DNA of 64,000 bases from an uncultured Verrucomicrobiae bacterium (GCA_963837955.1 CAWIPH010000002.1:2752001-2816000); one strand, 5' to 3'; counted from the stretch's first letter, positions 20,066 through 31,329 are shown. The notes: generated by a model from the sequence alone, not told the origin. Numbers and translations are program-made.

Positions 20066-20815
20066 GTGATGAATCGTTTTGTTGATCAAGTCGCGGTTAT
20101 CACCGGCGCCGGTCGAGGAATTGGACAAGCTATCGCCGAACGCCTTGCCGCGGAAGGTGCCCGAGTTGCCGTCGTGAGTCGCACACTAGAAAATGCCCGG
20201 AAAACAGCCAGTCAGCTCAATCAAAACAAACCCGAAACGGCTTTGGCTTACGCCGTCGATGTGGCCGACGGTGAGGCAGTCGCCGATCTTTGTGATCAGA
20301 TTTTAAAGACCTTTGGCAAGGTGCACGTCCTGGTCAACAATGCCGGAATTACCCGGGATCGGTTGAGCATGCGAATGGCCGAGCAAGATTGGGATTCAGT
20401 TCTCGATACCAACTTGAAAGGCGCATTTCATTTCATCCACAATCTGCAACGACCGATGATGAAACAATCCTACGGCCGAATCGTTAACATTAGCTCGGTC
20501 AGCGGTTTGATCGGACAGGCGGGTCAAGTTAATTACTCGGCTAGCAAAGCCGGCCTTATCGGACTTACCAAGGCGCTCGCGCGGGAAATCTCCGGCCGCA
20601 AAGTGACTGTGAACGCTATAGCGCCGGGGTTTATCTCAACGGATATGACAGCGCATCTACCCGAAAATCTGCGGGAAGAGTTAAGAAAACTAATCCCACT
20701 CGGAGTCTTTGGCGAAAGTGCAGATGTTGCTGCCGCGGTCGCGTTCATTGCAAGTCCAGAAGCGAAATACATTACAGGCCAAGTGCTCACCGTCGACGGC
20801 GGGATGGTGATGTAG
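20066..20815 (+). CDS. fabG: 3-oxoacyl-ACP reductase
   Basis: TGAGRGIG, NNAGITRD, GQVNYSASKAG, YITGQVLTVDGGM. Confidence 0.93.
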   Translation: MMNRFVDQVAVITGAGRGIGQAIAERLAAEGARVAVVSRTLENARKTASQLNQNKPETALAYAVDVADGEAVADLCDQILKTFGKVHVLVNNAGITRDRLSMRMAEQDWDSVLDTNLKGAFHFIHNLQRPMMKQSYGRIVNISSVSGLIGQAGQVNYSASKAGLIGLTKALAREISGRKVTVNAIAPGFISTDMTAHLPENLREELRKLIPLGVFGESADVAAAVAFIASPEAKYITGQVLTVDGGMVM

Positions 20816-20931
20816 CCCGGAAGTTGGTGTTTGCTGTTCTGAGTTAGCGGCTTTGCCGCCCAGTATGTGCATGCGGTCCGCCGAACAGTAGGGCGAGCGC
20901 CCGGGGCGGTATCCGTCGTCGAGACGTCGGA

Positions 20932-20965
20932 GGGACTCATGGGTCGCATGGGACTTATGAGTCCC
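20932..20965. repeat. Short copy of the 9 bp-unit hairpin family
   Basis: gggactcat...atgagtccc arms; shares atgggtcRcatgggactta with the 1065-1132 element. Confidence 0.65.
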
Positions 20966-20998
20966 ATTATTCACCGCACTCGCTTGTTTAGAGCGGGC

Positions 20999-21931
20999 TC
21001 AATACAACATCGCATCTTGCGGAGGATCGGTCGGCTCGATCTTGACAGCCTTAAAAGTAACCTTGGCTTTTGGGCCGCCATTCTCCACAAACTCTGCTGT
21101 CCCAATAACCTTGACCCATGACATATCGGCAATGGAAACCGGGTCTTCCACCTGTACTGGAACAGCGATAGGACGAGCATCGGCCGCACAGCAAACGATT
21201 AGCATGCGAACGATCTTAAACTCATTCGGTTTCGCTCCTGGCAGAAACTGGCCGACAACCTCGATAGTCTTGCCGGCGAACTCTTTTCTTAGGCTCTCCT
21301 CGCTTTCGCCATAGAGGAGATCTGTTACCTCGAGCATCACGTTTCCATCTGCCGCTCGTGGGAGGTATTGCTCGCTTCCATCGTCCGGATTGCCGCCGGT
21401 CTGGGCCGGATCATTTGCCCTCGCGAGATCTTTGGGCGGCGCGCCTGATGAACCCTGATCTTGCGGCAACGGCGGCTCGGCCGATGCTCGTTCATCCTGA
21501 TCGGCACCCAATGCGCCTGGCGGAATTGTCTGCGGCAGAGTGGTTGACCCAATCGGGTTGCGGGTGGGCAACTTGCTGACGTCTTGAACGAATCCGCGAT
21601 TCAAAACGACCTGCTTGTCATATCCGTCCTTCGACAGATAAGTACCGGTCGCTAACGGTAAAACAATCACTCCAAAAGCCGTCGCCGCTCGCCACGGACT
21701 TTGCCGATTCGTGTGTACGCACTCGCCATCGACGCAACAGTCCATCGACTTTTTCGCCATTAGGTAAACCGTTCCCGCGATGCAAAAAGCGATTCCCCCA
21801 ATTAACACCCAAGGCCGAAACTGCGGATGCAAATACTGATCGATTCTCCCCTTCAGACAGAAACTGATCAAGACTCCACCGAGCCCAAGCAGGGTTATCC
21901 CATTTAGAAATTTAGTAGCCCAAAGCCGCAT
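20999..21931 (-). CDS. TIGR03943/DUF1980-type membrane protein
   Basis: YLHP, CC...CVH metal-like cluster, RMLIVCCAADA, WVKVIG, C-terminal PPQDAMLY. Confidence 0.85.
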   Translation of the reverse strand: MRLWATKFLNGITLLGLGGVLISFCLKGRIDQYLHPQFRPWVLIGGIAFCIAGTVYLMAKKSMDCCVDGECVHTNRQSPWRAATAFGVIVLPLATGTYLSKDGYDKQVVLNRGFVQDVSKLPTRNPIGSTTLPQTIPPGALGADQDERASAEPPLPQDQGSSGAPPKDLARANDPAQTGGNPDDGSEQYLPRAADGNVMLEVTDLLYGESEESLRKEFAGKTIEVVGQFLPGAKPNEFKIVRMLIVCCAADARPIAVPVQVEDPVSIADMSWVKVIGTAEFVENGGPKAKVTFKAVKIEPTDPPQDAMLY

Positions 21932-22874
21932 AGAGATAAGGCAAAATGAACGCTGAAATTATTCCGACCAGCACAAAAAGTCCAATTCCCAGAAGCGCAA
22001 CGAACCGCTTTCGAAACAAGACACTGTATAGGAAGCAGAGTTTCAAATCAAACATCGGACCAAAAACAAGAAAGGCCATCCGCGCCGCAACGGGAAAACT
22101 GACGAACGTGGCTGCGATGAAAGCGTCAGAAGTACTGCACAGGGTCAGAATAGCCGAGAAACCCATCATCGAAGCCGTGGACAAAACAGCGTTACTCGCC
22201 AGCGGCAAAATCACCTTTTGATCGACTGCGGTATTGAAAACCGCGGCCACGGCCGCTCCGATCATAAAATAGATGGCGGTATCGATGAAATCTTCACTAG
22301 CGAGCTGGATCGCCGCGATCAGCCGCTGGATGAAAGTCGCGCTAGCGTTATCGGCGGCAGCTTCCGGCAACGAAGCAATACTGAGGACGGCTCGCCGCCG
22401 CAACGCGGCCCGTCCGCTGCCGCTCCGCAGGACTCTCGCCGGATTGACTCTTATCACGCACAAGCCCACTACGACCGCCACGGTGTAACCGGAGACCAAC
22501 CGGATCGCAGTATTCCACTCTGGCGCTTGACCGCGAAAGGCCGCGTAGGTGCTGATGATCACCAACGGGTTCACTATGGGTGATGCCAGCATATAGGTGA
22601 CTCCACAAGAAAACGGCAATCCCTTATCCAAGAGGCGGCGAACAACCGGAACAATGCCACATTCACAGACCGGAAAAATCAACCCGAGAAGCCCGCTCAT
22701 CAGGTTAGCGAGCAGATGGTTCTTCGGCAAAAACCGGGTGATCATTCGAGAAGGCACGAAGGCTGCAATCACGCCGGAGACGAGAGCGCCCACTAACACA
22801 AACGGCAATCCCTCGAATGCCAATGCGAGATAGGAAAACCAAAAATTTTGCCAGCTAAAACTAAACCAGCTCAT
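21912..22874 (-). CDS. UPF0718/ArsP-like permease
   Basis: EGLPF, FPVCECGIVP, LASPIVNP, LCSTSDAFIA, FGPMFDLK. Confidence 0.88.
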   Translation of the reverse strand: MSWFSFSWQNFWFSYLALAFEGLPFVLVGALVSGVIAAFVPSRMITRFLPKNHLLANLMSGLLGLIFPVCECGIVPVVRRLLDKGLPFSCGVTYMLASPIVNPLVIISTYAAFRGQAPEWNTAIRLVSGYTVAVVVGLCVIRVNPARVLRSGSGRAALRRRAVLSIASLPEAAADNASATFIQRLIAAIQLASEDFIDTAIYFMIGAAVAAVFNTAVDQKVILPLASNAVLSTASMMGFSAILTLCSTSDAFIAATFVSFPVAARMAFLVFGPMFDLKLCFLYSVLFRKRFVALLGIGLFVLVGIISAFILPYLYAALGY

Positions 22875-22953
22875 TCAATCGATTGCTTCGGCGTCTCAGC
22901 CATGGTGTCCGACCCAAGCACGCTCCGATAGCCGAAGCAAATCGCCAAGCAAA

Positions 22954-23820
22954 CTATGCGGGGCGCCGGGCGTTCCAGCCGCACAGGAAATTTTCCACCA
23001 ATTCGGGCAATCGGTTGCTGTAGCCACCTTCCAGAATGGCCATCGCCCGAACCCCCGTCTGGTCGAGCCAGTGCCCGAAATGGTAGAAGTCATCTATTTC
23101 GAGGGAAAGATCGGTCAGCGGATCTTCTCGATAGGAGTCGAATCCAGCGGATACCAGAATCAGATCCGGACGAAACTCTAGAAGTCGATCCAATGACTCA
23201 TGCACTTTCGCAGCATGTACCTCTCGTGGGGTGAGCGGAGCAACTGGCCAATTATAAATGTTTTCGAACGAGCTTGTCCCGGTTCCAGGGTAGCCGGGGT
23301 ACTGATGGACAGACCCGAAGCGGATTTGCTGGTGACCGCGGACAATAGCTTCAGTACCGTTCCCGTGGTGCGCATCAAAATCCCAAATTGCCACCCGATC
23401 ACATCCAGAAGCGAGCGCTCGGAACGCGGCGATCGCGACGGAGTTAAAGTAGCAGAAACCCATCGCTTGATCTCTCGTCGCGTGATGACCCGGCGGGCGA
23501 AGTAAGGAAAACGGCTTTTCTCCTTTCAAAGCACACTCCACCGCGAGTAAGGCGCCACCGGCGGAGCGACGCGCGTGCTCCTCAATTCTCGGGTAGTAAG
23601 GAGTATCAGCATCAAAATCTTCGGACTTGGTGAACCGTTGGAGATGGGCAACCGAGTGTGCTCTGAGCAAATCTTGGTTATCAGCAAGATAAGGTGCTTT
23701 CCACGTAATTTCCGGGAATGCTTCACGGAGTCGGGGTTCCGTCATGGAAAGCCGTTCGGGGCGCTCAGGGTGCCATGGCTGGCCAAACTCAGTCGCCGCC
23801 TCGTCGTAAATAATTGTCAT
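22954..23820 (-). CDS. Histone deacetylase-family amidohydrolase
   Basis: HPERPERL, RPPGHHA, DFDAHHGNGT, SAGFD, LEGGY. Confidence 0.93.
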   Translation of the reverse strand: MTIIYDEAATEFGQPWHPERPERLSMTEPRLREAFPEITWKAPYLADNQDLLRAHSVAHLQRFTKSEDFDADTPYYPRIEEHARRSAGGALLAVECALKGEKPFSLLRPPGHHATRDQAMGFCYFNSVAIAAFRALASGCDRVAIWDFDAHHGNGTEAIVRGHQQIRFGSVHQYPGYPGTGTSSFENIYNWPVAPLTPREVHAAKVHESLDRLLEFRPDLILVSAGFDSYREDPLTDLSLEIDDFYHFGHWLDQTGVRAMAILEGGYSNRLPELVENFLCGWNARRPA

Positions 23821-23865
23821 CACCGTCCGGCTCAATCAAAGCTCATCCGAAATTCCGAGGAACCT

Positions 23866-24489
23866 CTAACCCGGCTCGGGCTCGCTGAGCACCTTGTTTG
23901 GTGGTTCCGAATTAAACGCAGTAACCAGGTCGGTTATCGCCTTCTCGATCAGGTGAATTACATTTCTTAGGTCCTCGGCCTCTGGTCTTCCTGCATCTTC
24001 GAGCTTCTGCCTCACATTCTCAGCAGCGAACGATGCCGCTAGTAAATCACCGCTTACGTTGTCATGAACGATCTGCTGAGACCGTTGTCGTTCTTCATTT
24101 TGACCGATTACGTATCCCCGCGCGTACTCTTCTATTCCCCGGTTCCCAGAGGCATGGTCTAAGATAATCAGAATAAATCCATCTTCGCGCTGCACCGAGC
24201 GTCCTAAAATCTGCCGCTCATGCCCAGGAATTCGAATGACACAATCCGTGAAAGGGCTTGGTGGCAACGAGTCTTCAGAGCGGGGCGGTTCCAATGCAAT
24301 GGTTCCGTCTGGTATGATGATATTGCGCAGCTCAACCTTTTTCATCTCACTCTCCTCAAGACCCAGTCGTTCCGCAAAAGAGAGGTTCCAAAGGGTGACG
24401 GCGTCCTTAGAAGTATGTCCGACCGCGGTCGCGACCTGAAATTTATCAAGTTCGGAACAAATCTTTCGCAGGCCAGCTGAGATAACCAT
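23866..24489 (-). CDS. PAS-like plus HisKA_3-type dimerisation protein without ATPase domain
   Basis: LWNLSFAERLG PAS-like segment; EERQRSQQIVHDNVSGDL NarX-type H-box; ORF ends soon after. Confidence 0.6.
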   Translation of the reverse strand: MVISAGLRKICSELDKFQVATAVGHTSKDAVTLWNLSFAERLGLEESEMKKVELRNIIIPDGTIALEPPRSEDSLPPSPFTDCVIRIPGHERQILGRSVQREDGFILIILDHASGNRGIEEYARGYVIGQNEERQRSQQIVHDNVSGDLLAASFAAENVRQKLEDAGRPEAEDLRNVIHLIEKAITDLVTAFNSEPPNKVLSEPEPG

Positions 24490-24861
24490 ATTTTGTCAAA
24501 ACCCCTCTTTCGCATCCCTTGTGGTTCGCCTTGGTATACGCGCGGGATCGCTGATCGCCAAGTATTCGATTCGATTTTGTGGATGCATTTGGTGCGCGTC
24601 TCCTTGGACCGATCGATGGGTTGTCTAGCTCGCGCGTGCTTGGTCAACAATAGCGGCGATTGCAAACGCTATTCGCAGAAACCCTTTCCGCCGGACGTCT
24701 ATTTCCATTGCTCTCTTATCGACTCAAATGCTGAATCCAGGGTTACGCGTTGCCGAAAAGCGGAGATACAAGCTTGCACACCGCGCATGGACGGTCTTCA
24801 TTCCCGCCTGATCGGACCCAGTGGCGATCAGCTTAAACTCACCGCTGCTTTTTGTATTGCC

Positions 24862-26712
24862 ATGCGTTCCGCAGATGAACCTTCCGATAATCGAACTCCC
24901 CACATCCCGCTGCGCGACTTCTTCCGCAATCCTGAGACGACGGCATATCAGATTTCTCCCGGCGGCCAATCAATCGCCTTTTTGCGTCCCTACGAGAATC
25001 GGTTGAATATCTGGGTTCAATCGGTCAAAGGCGGAGAAGCGCGCCGCGTCACAGCGGTCACCGAGCGAGATATTACATCCTACTTCTGGAAAACGGACAG
25101 GCACATCCTCTTTTTTCAAGACAGTGGAGGGGACGAAAACTACCATGTCTTTTCGGCCGATCCGGACGGCGAGCATATTCGCGATCTCACCCCCTTCCCG
25201 GGGGTACAAGTCAGACTAGTGGATGATCTACACGATCATCCAAGCGACATCATCATCGCCCTGAACCAACGAAACAAAGAGATCTTCGACGCTTATCGGC
25301 TAAACGTAGAAACCGGTGAAATTGCCTCCGTCGCCGAAAATCCGGGCACGATCGAACATTGGGTGACCGATCACGATGGAAATATTCGCGCCGCCACCAC
25401 GACTGACGGAGTAAACGCCAGCTTACTTTACCGAAGTTCAGATGAACAGCCGTGGAAAACAGTTCTGACTACGAGCTTTCGCGAGTCGTTCAATCCGCAA
25501 TTTTTTACTTTCGATAACCGGAGACTTTACGGCGTCTCGAATCTCGGCAGAGATAAGTTAGCCGCGATCGAGCTAGACCTGGAGACTGCTCAAGAGGTTC
25601 AAGTACTGGCCGAAAACCCGCAGGTAGACATTTCGGGGCTGAACTACTCCAGAAAACGCAAAGTGTTAACAAGCGCCGCTTACACTTCTTGGAAAACGGA
25701 GCGACTTTTTTTCGATAAAGAGACCGAGGCGCTCTACCAAGAACTCGAACGAAGGCTTCCCGGATACGAAGTAGCCATCACATCAGCCAACGACGATGAA
25801 ACCATCTTCGTTGTTCGCACTTTTAACGATCGGTCGCTGGGAGCTTTCTATCTTTATGATTCTGTGGCCCAAGAGCTAAAGAAGCTCGCGGATCGGGCTC
25901 CTTGGCTGCCGGAAGACCAGCTTTCTGAAATGAAACCGATCGAGTACCGGGCTCGAGACGGATTGACGATTCACGGATACCTGACCCTTCCGAGAGGTCG
26001 CGATCCAAAATCTTTGCCCGTAGTCGTTAATCCCCACGGAGGACCGTGGCACCGCGATAGCTGGACATTCATTCCGGAGGTCCAGTTTCTGGCCAACCGT
26101 GGGTACGCGGTGATGCAAGTGAATTTCCGCGGCTCGACCGGCTACGGGCGTAAGTTTTGGGAGGCCGGGTTCAAAGAGTGGGGAGGCAAGATGCAGGACG
26201 ACATAACCGACGGCGTTGATTGGTTAATCCAACAAGGTCTTGCAGACCCAGAGCGTGTGGCTATTTACGGCGCAAGCTACGGCGGATACGCTGTTCTGGA
26301 AGGTCTCGTCAAAACGCCCGATCTCTATGCCGCCGGCGTAGATTATGTGGGCGTTTCTAATCTATTCACGTTTTTCAAGACGGTACCCCCCTATTGGATC
26401 CCGTACCTTGAGATGATGTATGAGATGGTAGGCGATCCGGAGAAAGACAAAGACTGGTTCCAGCAACATTCTCCGGCTTTGAACGCCGAAAAGATCCGCA
26501 AACCCCTTTTGGTAGCTCAGGGAGCGAAAGATCCTCGCGTGAACATCAATGAATCCAACCAAATCGTCGAAGCGCTCAAGCAACGAGGAGTCGATGTAGA
26601 GTACATGGTTAAAGAAAATGAAGGACACGGTTTTCAAAACGAAGAAAACCGGTTCGCCTTCTATGAAGCGATGGAATCCTTTCTAGAAAAGCATTTAAAG
26701 CACACGAAATAA
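24862..26712 (+). CDS. S9 family peptidase, no signal peptide
   Basis: [33 protein letters not shown]; start chosen at MRSADE. Confidence 0.92.
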   Translation: MRSADEPSDNRTPHIPLRDFFRNPETTAYQISPGGQSIAFLRPYENRLNIWVQSVKGGEARRVTAVTERDITSYFWKTDRHILFFQDSGGDENYHVFSADPDGEHIRDLTPFPGVQVRLVDDLHDHPSDIIIALNQRNKEIFDAYRLNVETGEIASVAENPGTIEHWVTDHDGNIRAATTTDGVNASLLYRSSDEQPWKTVLTTSFRESFNPQFFTFDNRRLYGVSNLGRDKLAAIELDLETAQEVQVLAENPQVDISGLNYSRKRKVLTSAAYTSWKTERLFFDKETEALYQELERRLPGYEVAITSANDDETIFVVRTFNDRSLGAFYLYDSVAQELKKLADRAPWLPEDQLSEMKPIEYRARDGLTIHGYLTLPRGRDPKSLPVVVNPHGGPWHRDSWTFIPEVQFLANRGYAVMQVNFRGSTGYGRKFWEAGFKEWGGKMQDDITDGVDWLIQQGLADPERVAIYGASYGGYAVLEGLVKTPDLYAAGVDYVGVSNLFTFFKTVPPYWIPYLEMMYEMVGDPEKDKDWFQQHSPALNAEKIRKPLLVAQGAKDPRVNINESNQIVEALKQRGVDVEYMVKENEGHGFQNEENRFAFYEAMESFLEKHLKHTK

Positions 26713-28637
26713 TGAAATCCTTTTTTTTCGTCCTAACCTCTCTTCTGTTTTCATTGGCGTGCGCTCGAGCCGAAAATGAAGTTCCGCCGCAACTCCCTCT
26801 GCAGGATTTCTTTCGCAATCCGCAGGCAGCCGGCTTTTCGATTTCGCCCAACGGCAAATACCTTGCTCTCCTGGAACCCTGGAGCAACCGGCTCAATGTG
26901 TGGGTTGAGCCCGTTGAAGGTGGCGAGCCCCAGCGCGTGACTTCAGTCACTGACCGCGACATCAGCGGAGTGAGCTGGAAAGGAAATGACGTCATCCTGT
27001 ACGCGAGGGATAACGGAGGCGACGAAAATTTTCACCTGTACGCTGTCGGACGAGATGGCAAGAATGAACGGGATCTGACCCCTTTTGCGGGAGTGAGGGT
27101 TACGCTCGTCGACGATCTTGACGACAATCCATCCGACGTAATCATTCAGACCAACCAGCGAGACAAACAGGTCTTTGACGCTTACCGCCTGAACGTAGTG
27201 ACCGGCAAGATTAGTCTGGTTGCCCAGAATCCTGGTAATATCCAGCAGTGGATCACCGACTGGAATGGAAAGATTCGCGCCGCTACCACAACCGATGGCG
27301 TCAATACGAGCTTGCTCTATCGCAAGACCGAGCAGTCCCCTTGGAAGACGGTATTGACCACAAATTTCAAAGAGAGTTTTGATCCAGAATTTTTCTCATT
27401 CGATAACCGGCATCTATACGGTATTTCCAACATCGGAAGAGATAAATCGGCTGCAGTCGAATTCGATCCCGAAACCGCGAAAGAGGTTCGGGTAATTTAT
27501 CAGAATGCTGACGTCGACGTTGGCCGCCTCTCCTACTCGCGCAAGCGGAAAGTGCTTACCTTGGCAACCTACAAGACCTGGAAACAACAAATTGTGTTTT
27601 TCGATCCCGCTACCGAGGAGGCTTACAAGTTTCTTGAGCAACAGCTCCCAGGCTTCGATGTCGCCAGGGTCGGAAGCGACAAAGAGGAAAACAAGTTTGT
27701 CGTGGTCTTAACCGGAGATCGAACGCTGGGATCTTACTATCTGTACGACGTGAAATCGCGGAACCTGCGAAAGCTGGCCGACCTTGGTCCTTGGTTGCGA
27801 TCGGATCAGTTGGCCGAGATGAAACCGATCGATTACCAATCGCGCGATGGCCTCACGATTCACGGTTATCTCACACTGCCGAAGGGGCGCGATCCAAAAA
27901 ATTTGCCGGTAGTGATTAATCCACATGGCGGACCTTGGGCGCGCGACGACTGGGAATTTAACCCCGAAGTGCAATTCCTGGCGAATCGTGGCTATGCGGT
28001 TTTGCAGATGAACTTTCGGGGTTCGACCGGCTACGGAAGAAAGTTTTTCGAAGCCAGCTTCAAACAGTGGGGTGGCACGATGCAGGACGACATTACGGAT
28101 GGAGTGAACTGGATTATTCAGCAGGGGATCGCCGATCCGAAGCGCATAGCGATCTATGGCGGAAGCTACGGCGGCTATGCCGTGCTCGAAGGTTTAGTTA
28201 AGACGCCCGATCTATACGCCGCTGGTGTTGATTATGTTGGGGTCTCAAATCTTTTTACTTTTCTCAACACGATTCCGCCATACTGGAAACCGGAATTGGA
28301 CATGATGCACGAAATGGTGGGCGATCCCGTCAAAGATAAAGAGTGGTTCCAGGAGCATTCACCGGCATTGAACGCTGACAAAATCAGAACTCCTCTCTTC
28401 GTCGCCCAAGGTGAAAAAGATCCGCGGGTAAATATCAATGAGTCGAACCAGATTGTTGATGCATTGAGGAAGCGAGATGTCGCGGTCGAATACATGGTCA
28501 AGCCCAATGAAGGCCACGGATTCCGCAACGAAGAGAATCGATTCGATTTCTATGGTGCAATGGAAAAATTCTTGGCTGAGCATCTCAGTCCTGCCACACC
28601 CAAGCCCTCGGAAAAACAACAACAAGCGGCGCGCTAA
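26712..28637 (+). CDS. S9 family peptidase, secreted paralogue
   Basis: Signal peptide [36 protein letters not shown]; colinear with upstream gene. Confidence 0.94.
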   Translation: MKSFFFVLTSLLFSLACARAENEVPPQLPLQDFFRNPQAAGFSISPNGKYLALLEPWSNRLNVWVEPVEGGEPQRVTSVTDRDISGVSWKGNDVILYARDNGGDENFHLYAVGRDGKNERDLTPFAGVRVTLVDDLDDNPSDVIIQTNQRDKQVFDAYRLNVVTGKISLVAQNPGNIQQWITDWNGKIRAATTTDGVNTSLLYRKTEQSPWKTVLTTNFKESFDPEFFSFDNRHLYGISNIGRDKSAAVEFDPETAKEVRVIYQNADVDVGRLSYSRKRKVLTLATYKTWKQQIVFFDPATEEAYKFLEQQLPGFDVARVGSDKEENKFVVVLTGDRTLGSYYLYDVKSRNLRKLADLGPWLRSDQLAEMKPIDYQSRDGLTIHGYLTLPKGRDPKNLPVVINPHGGPWARDDWEFNPEVQFLANRGYAVLQMNFRGSTGYGRKFFEASFKQWGGTMQDDITDGVNWIIQQGIADPKRIAIYGGSYGGYAVLEGLVKTPDLYAAGVDYVGVSNLFTFLNTIPPYWKPELDMMHEMVGDPVKDKEWFQEHSPALNADKIRTPLFVAQGEKDPRVNINESNQIVDALRKRDVAVEYMVKPNEGHGFRNEENRFDFYGAMEKFLAEHLSPATPKPSEKQQQAAR

Positions 28638-28706
28638 GGATGCGGAGCCGGTGATTGTGATTAGTGATTGGTGATCGGTATTAGCGGTGAGTTGAGACAC
28701 GCCCAA

Positions 28707-28905
28707 GATCGGTAGGGCGAAAGCCTGATACCGTCTCAGCGGCATCGGCTTGAGCTGTGCGTGGATCAATCTGTGGTCCCCTTTTCGGTTGCGCGGCCGC
28801 CGGGGTCTTCTGGGCACGGGACACGCGCGGGGGTTCACCACAACGGCTCAAGCCGACGCGGCTGATACCGCCTCAGGCTTTCGCCCTACCGATCCCCTAC
28901 CGATC
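28707..28905. repeat. GTAGGGCGAAAGC REPIN/MITE, copy 1
   Basis: 22 bp perfect arms gatcggtagggcgaaagcctga / tcaggctttcgccctaccgatc (ends 28894); terminal 11 bp ccctaccgatc duplicated to 28905. Confidence 0.9.
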
Positions 28906-30079
28906 ACCGCCGCCGCGGATTGAATACGCAAATCCCGGCCACGAGGATCCCAACGCCGGCTAAAGCGACCGGGAGCGTAAACCGCTGGGCGAAGATCCCA
29001 ACCAATGGTGGGCCGATCAAAAAGCCAAGATAACCGGTCGCAAAGACCGAAGAGGTCGCACGCCCAATCGCTCCCGGGATTCGCAGGGCCGCTAATGAGA
29101 ACAAGACCGGGACGACGTTCGACATACCAAGACCCGCCAATCCGAATCCGAAAATCGATAAGGCCGGGGTGTGCGCCCATGCCGCAACCAAGAATCCGAT
29201 TGCCCCGAGGAGAGCGCCGGTGCTTATCGTGCGTTCTCTCCCGATCCACGCTACGATTCTGTCTCCAATGAATCTTCCGCTAGCCATACAGATAGCGAAC
29301 GCATTGAAACCAAGACCGGACAATGCGTACGGCGTCCCCAAATCATCACGCAAATGCACTCCAGCCCAGTCGGCAACTGCACCCTCCGACAGCATGGCAA
29401 TCAGACAGAGCAAAGCAAAGATTAAGATTTCTCTGGTCGGCAGCGCAAAAATGGGGCCAGGTTCGGCGACTGTCCGAAGCAGGCTGGGGGCGATCCGGAT
29501 CATTCCTCCGATGATCAAAAGACACAAGATTGCGAGATGCCAGGCCGATAATCGATGATCGAGCAAGAAGAGGCTGCCCAGCAGAGAGCCGCACCACCCG
29601 CCCAAACTCCAAGTTGCGTGGAACGACGACATGACCGGCCGACCAGCCAACGCTTCAAAATGCGCGGCCTGGTTATTCATGGTCACGTCCATCAAGCCGT
29701 TGCAACCGCCTAAGAAGGCCAGCGATATCGTAAGAAGTAGAAGATTCGGAGCGCAGACCGGGGCCAGCAACGATAACGCGAAGCATAAGGTCGAAATGGT
29801 CAGAACCCGAAGGCTTCCGAATTTCCCCATTAACCAACCACTAAGCCACATCGTTAGTAAGGACCCGAGGCCAGTCCCGAGCAGCGCTAGACCCAACTGC
29901 TGTTCGTCCAAACCAAGATTCCCTTTTACAGAGGGTATATGGATGAACCAGCTCGCTAGACCAAATCCGTTCAGAAAGAACACCATCGAAATGGCAATCC
30001 GATTTCGAGCACTCTGACCGCGCGGTCGAGGTTGTTCGCGAACCTGTTCTATCCCTGCCCTACTATCTCCCGGCTCCAT
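28904..30079 (-). CDS. MFS transporter (YbjJ-like)
   Basis: About 12 TM helices; DVTMNNQA, MSSFHATWSLG, EGAVADW, GYLGFLIGPP. Confidence 0.9.
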   Translation of the reverse strand: MEPGDSRAGIEQVREQPRPRGQSARNRIAISMVFFLNGFGLASWFIHIPSVKGNLGLDEQQLGLALLGTGLGSLLTMWLSGWLMGKFGSLRVLTISTLCFALSLLAPVCAPNLLLLTISLAFLGGCNGLMDVTMNNQAAHFEALAGRPVMSSFHATWSLGGWCGSLLGSLFLLDHRLSAWHLAILCLLIIGGMIRIAPSLLRTVAEPGPIFALPTREILIFALLCLIAMLSEGAVADWAGVHLRDDLGTPYALSGLGFNAFAICMASGRFIGDRIVAWIGRERTISTGALLGAIGFLVAAWAHTPALSIFGFGLAGLGMSNVVPVLFSLAALRIPGAIGRATSSVFATGYLGFLIGPPLVGIFAQRFTLPVALAGVGILVAGICVFNPRRR

Positions 30080-30274
30080 ATTCTCTCGGGTTCCTCACTA
30101 GCGACCCTAGGTCGCAGAATACGGTTGCGCTCGTCGCGCGATATTCCCGAAACGTTAGCCCGGCGCATTCAATCGAGCCAAACCGCAAAGTGCGGTCGCC
30201 ATTCGTCGGGGAGGGAAGGCAGCCTCTCTTCCAGGTTAGACCTTGATAGGAAGTCGATCCAATTTCGCCCGGCT

Positions 30275-31039
30275 TCATTCAACGAATACTCCGTAGCGTC
30301 GCAGAAGATTGAGTTCGCTCGTCCCAACTCCCGATTCGACAATCGCACGAGTAAGAATTCCAATGGAACCGACCACATACGGAGCAGCTTTGTTGAATTT
30401 GGTGGCCGTCAGTAGCCCAACGACTTCGCCAGCACACCGGACGAATGTCTGTTTCATCTCCAGCTCCTCTACGGACCAAGTCGAAATGCCCACGTCAGCA
30501 TGGAGAGCACAAACGCCCAGAAAACAGAGATCAGCTCGAAAATCTTCGAGCTCCTTGGTTGCGCGCAGCCCGACCGTCATCGATTCGCGGCGATGCAGCC
30601 GTCCGCCCAGCACAATCACCTCCACTTCAGGTAACTCCGCCAGCGCGACAGCGATCGGGAGACACGGCGTTACTGCGGTAAAGCAAAGGTCGGGAGTCAG
30701 TGATTTTACGATTTCTAAGTTGGTGCTTCCGGAATCGAACAACACCACGCTCCCGGCACGAACGAGTGAGGCTCCGCGTCTTCCCAACTCTTGCTTGGCG
30801 CCAGGCTCTTCTTCCGTTCTTTGTTTGAGCGGTCCGGGTGCTTTAGCCGCGGGCAGCGCGCCGCCATGCACACGCCGGATGGAACCAGTCGATGCAAGAT
30901 GATCCAGGTCGCGACGAATGGTGTCGATCGAAACCTCAAGCCGCCGAGCCAGATCAAATGCAACGACTTTTCCTTCGCTCTGAAGCAAATCAAGAATCTG
31001 GTCACGGCGCTCTACCGGGAACAGTTCCGCATTGATCAT
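30275..31039 (-). CDS. DeoR/GlpR family transcriptional regulator
   Basis: VSIDTIRRDL...RVHGGA HTH; FDSGST, VLGG. Confidence 0.94.
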   Translation of the reverse strand: MINAELFPVERRDQILDLLQSEGKVVAFDLARRLEVSIDTIRRDLDHLASTGSIRRVHGGALPAAKAPGPLKQRTEEEPGAKQELGRRGASLVRAGSVVLFDSGSTNLEIVKSLTPDLCFTAVTPCLPIAVALAELPEVEVIVLGGRLHRRESMTVGLRATKELEDFRADLCFLGVCALHADVGISTWSVEELEMKQTFVRCAGEVVGLLTATKFNKAAPYVVGSIGILTRAIVESGVGTSELNLLRRYGVFVE

Positions 31040-31160
31040 GGCTGATTCTTTGCTGTAAGCCGACGCGTTTGTCTACCGTTTTCCGCAGTTTTATTCCGTT
31101 TTATGCGACTAATTGCGTTATTTCGCGTGGATTGCCGCGCAGCGGACTGTAAGACAACCT

Positions 31161-31329
31161 GATCGGTAGGGCGAAAGCTTCGGCGCGCCGGAAATGTTAT
31201 GATGTCTGTTGCGTCATCAGCGCCGGGCTTGAGCCGGGTCCGGATCGGGGAAGCGTCACACGTTGGGTAGAACACGCACGGCTCAAGCCGATCCCGCTGA
31301 GACGGTATCAGGCTTTCGCCCTACCGATC
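31161..31329. repeat. GTAGGGCGAAAGC REPIN/MITE, copy 2
   Basis: gatcggtagggcgaaagc ... gctttcgccctaccgatc arms; right end overlaps the asd stop codon. Confidence 0.9.

Noticed and set aside
24493..24861. Long N-terminal extension of first S9 peptidase (likewise for trpA, dcd, sodA and the MFS at 50746)
   Set aside because: Low-quality sequence ahead of the family-typical start; treated as ORF-caller over-extension
30063..30278. 71 aa ORF between deoR and MFS
   Set aside because: Overlaps both neighbours in operon style but has no recognisable protein features; not supported
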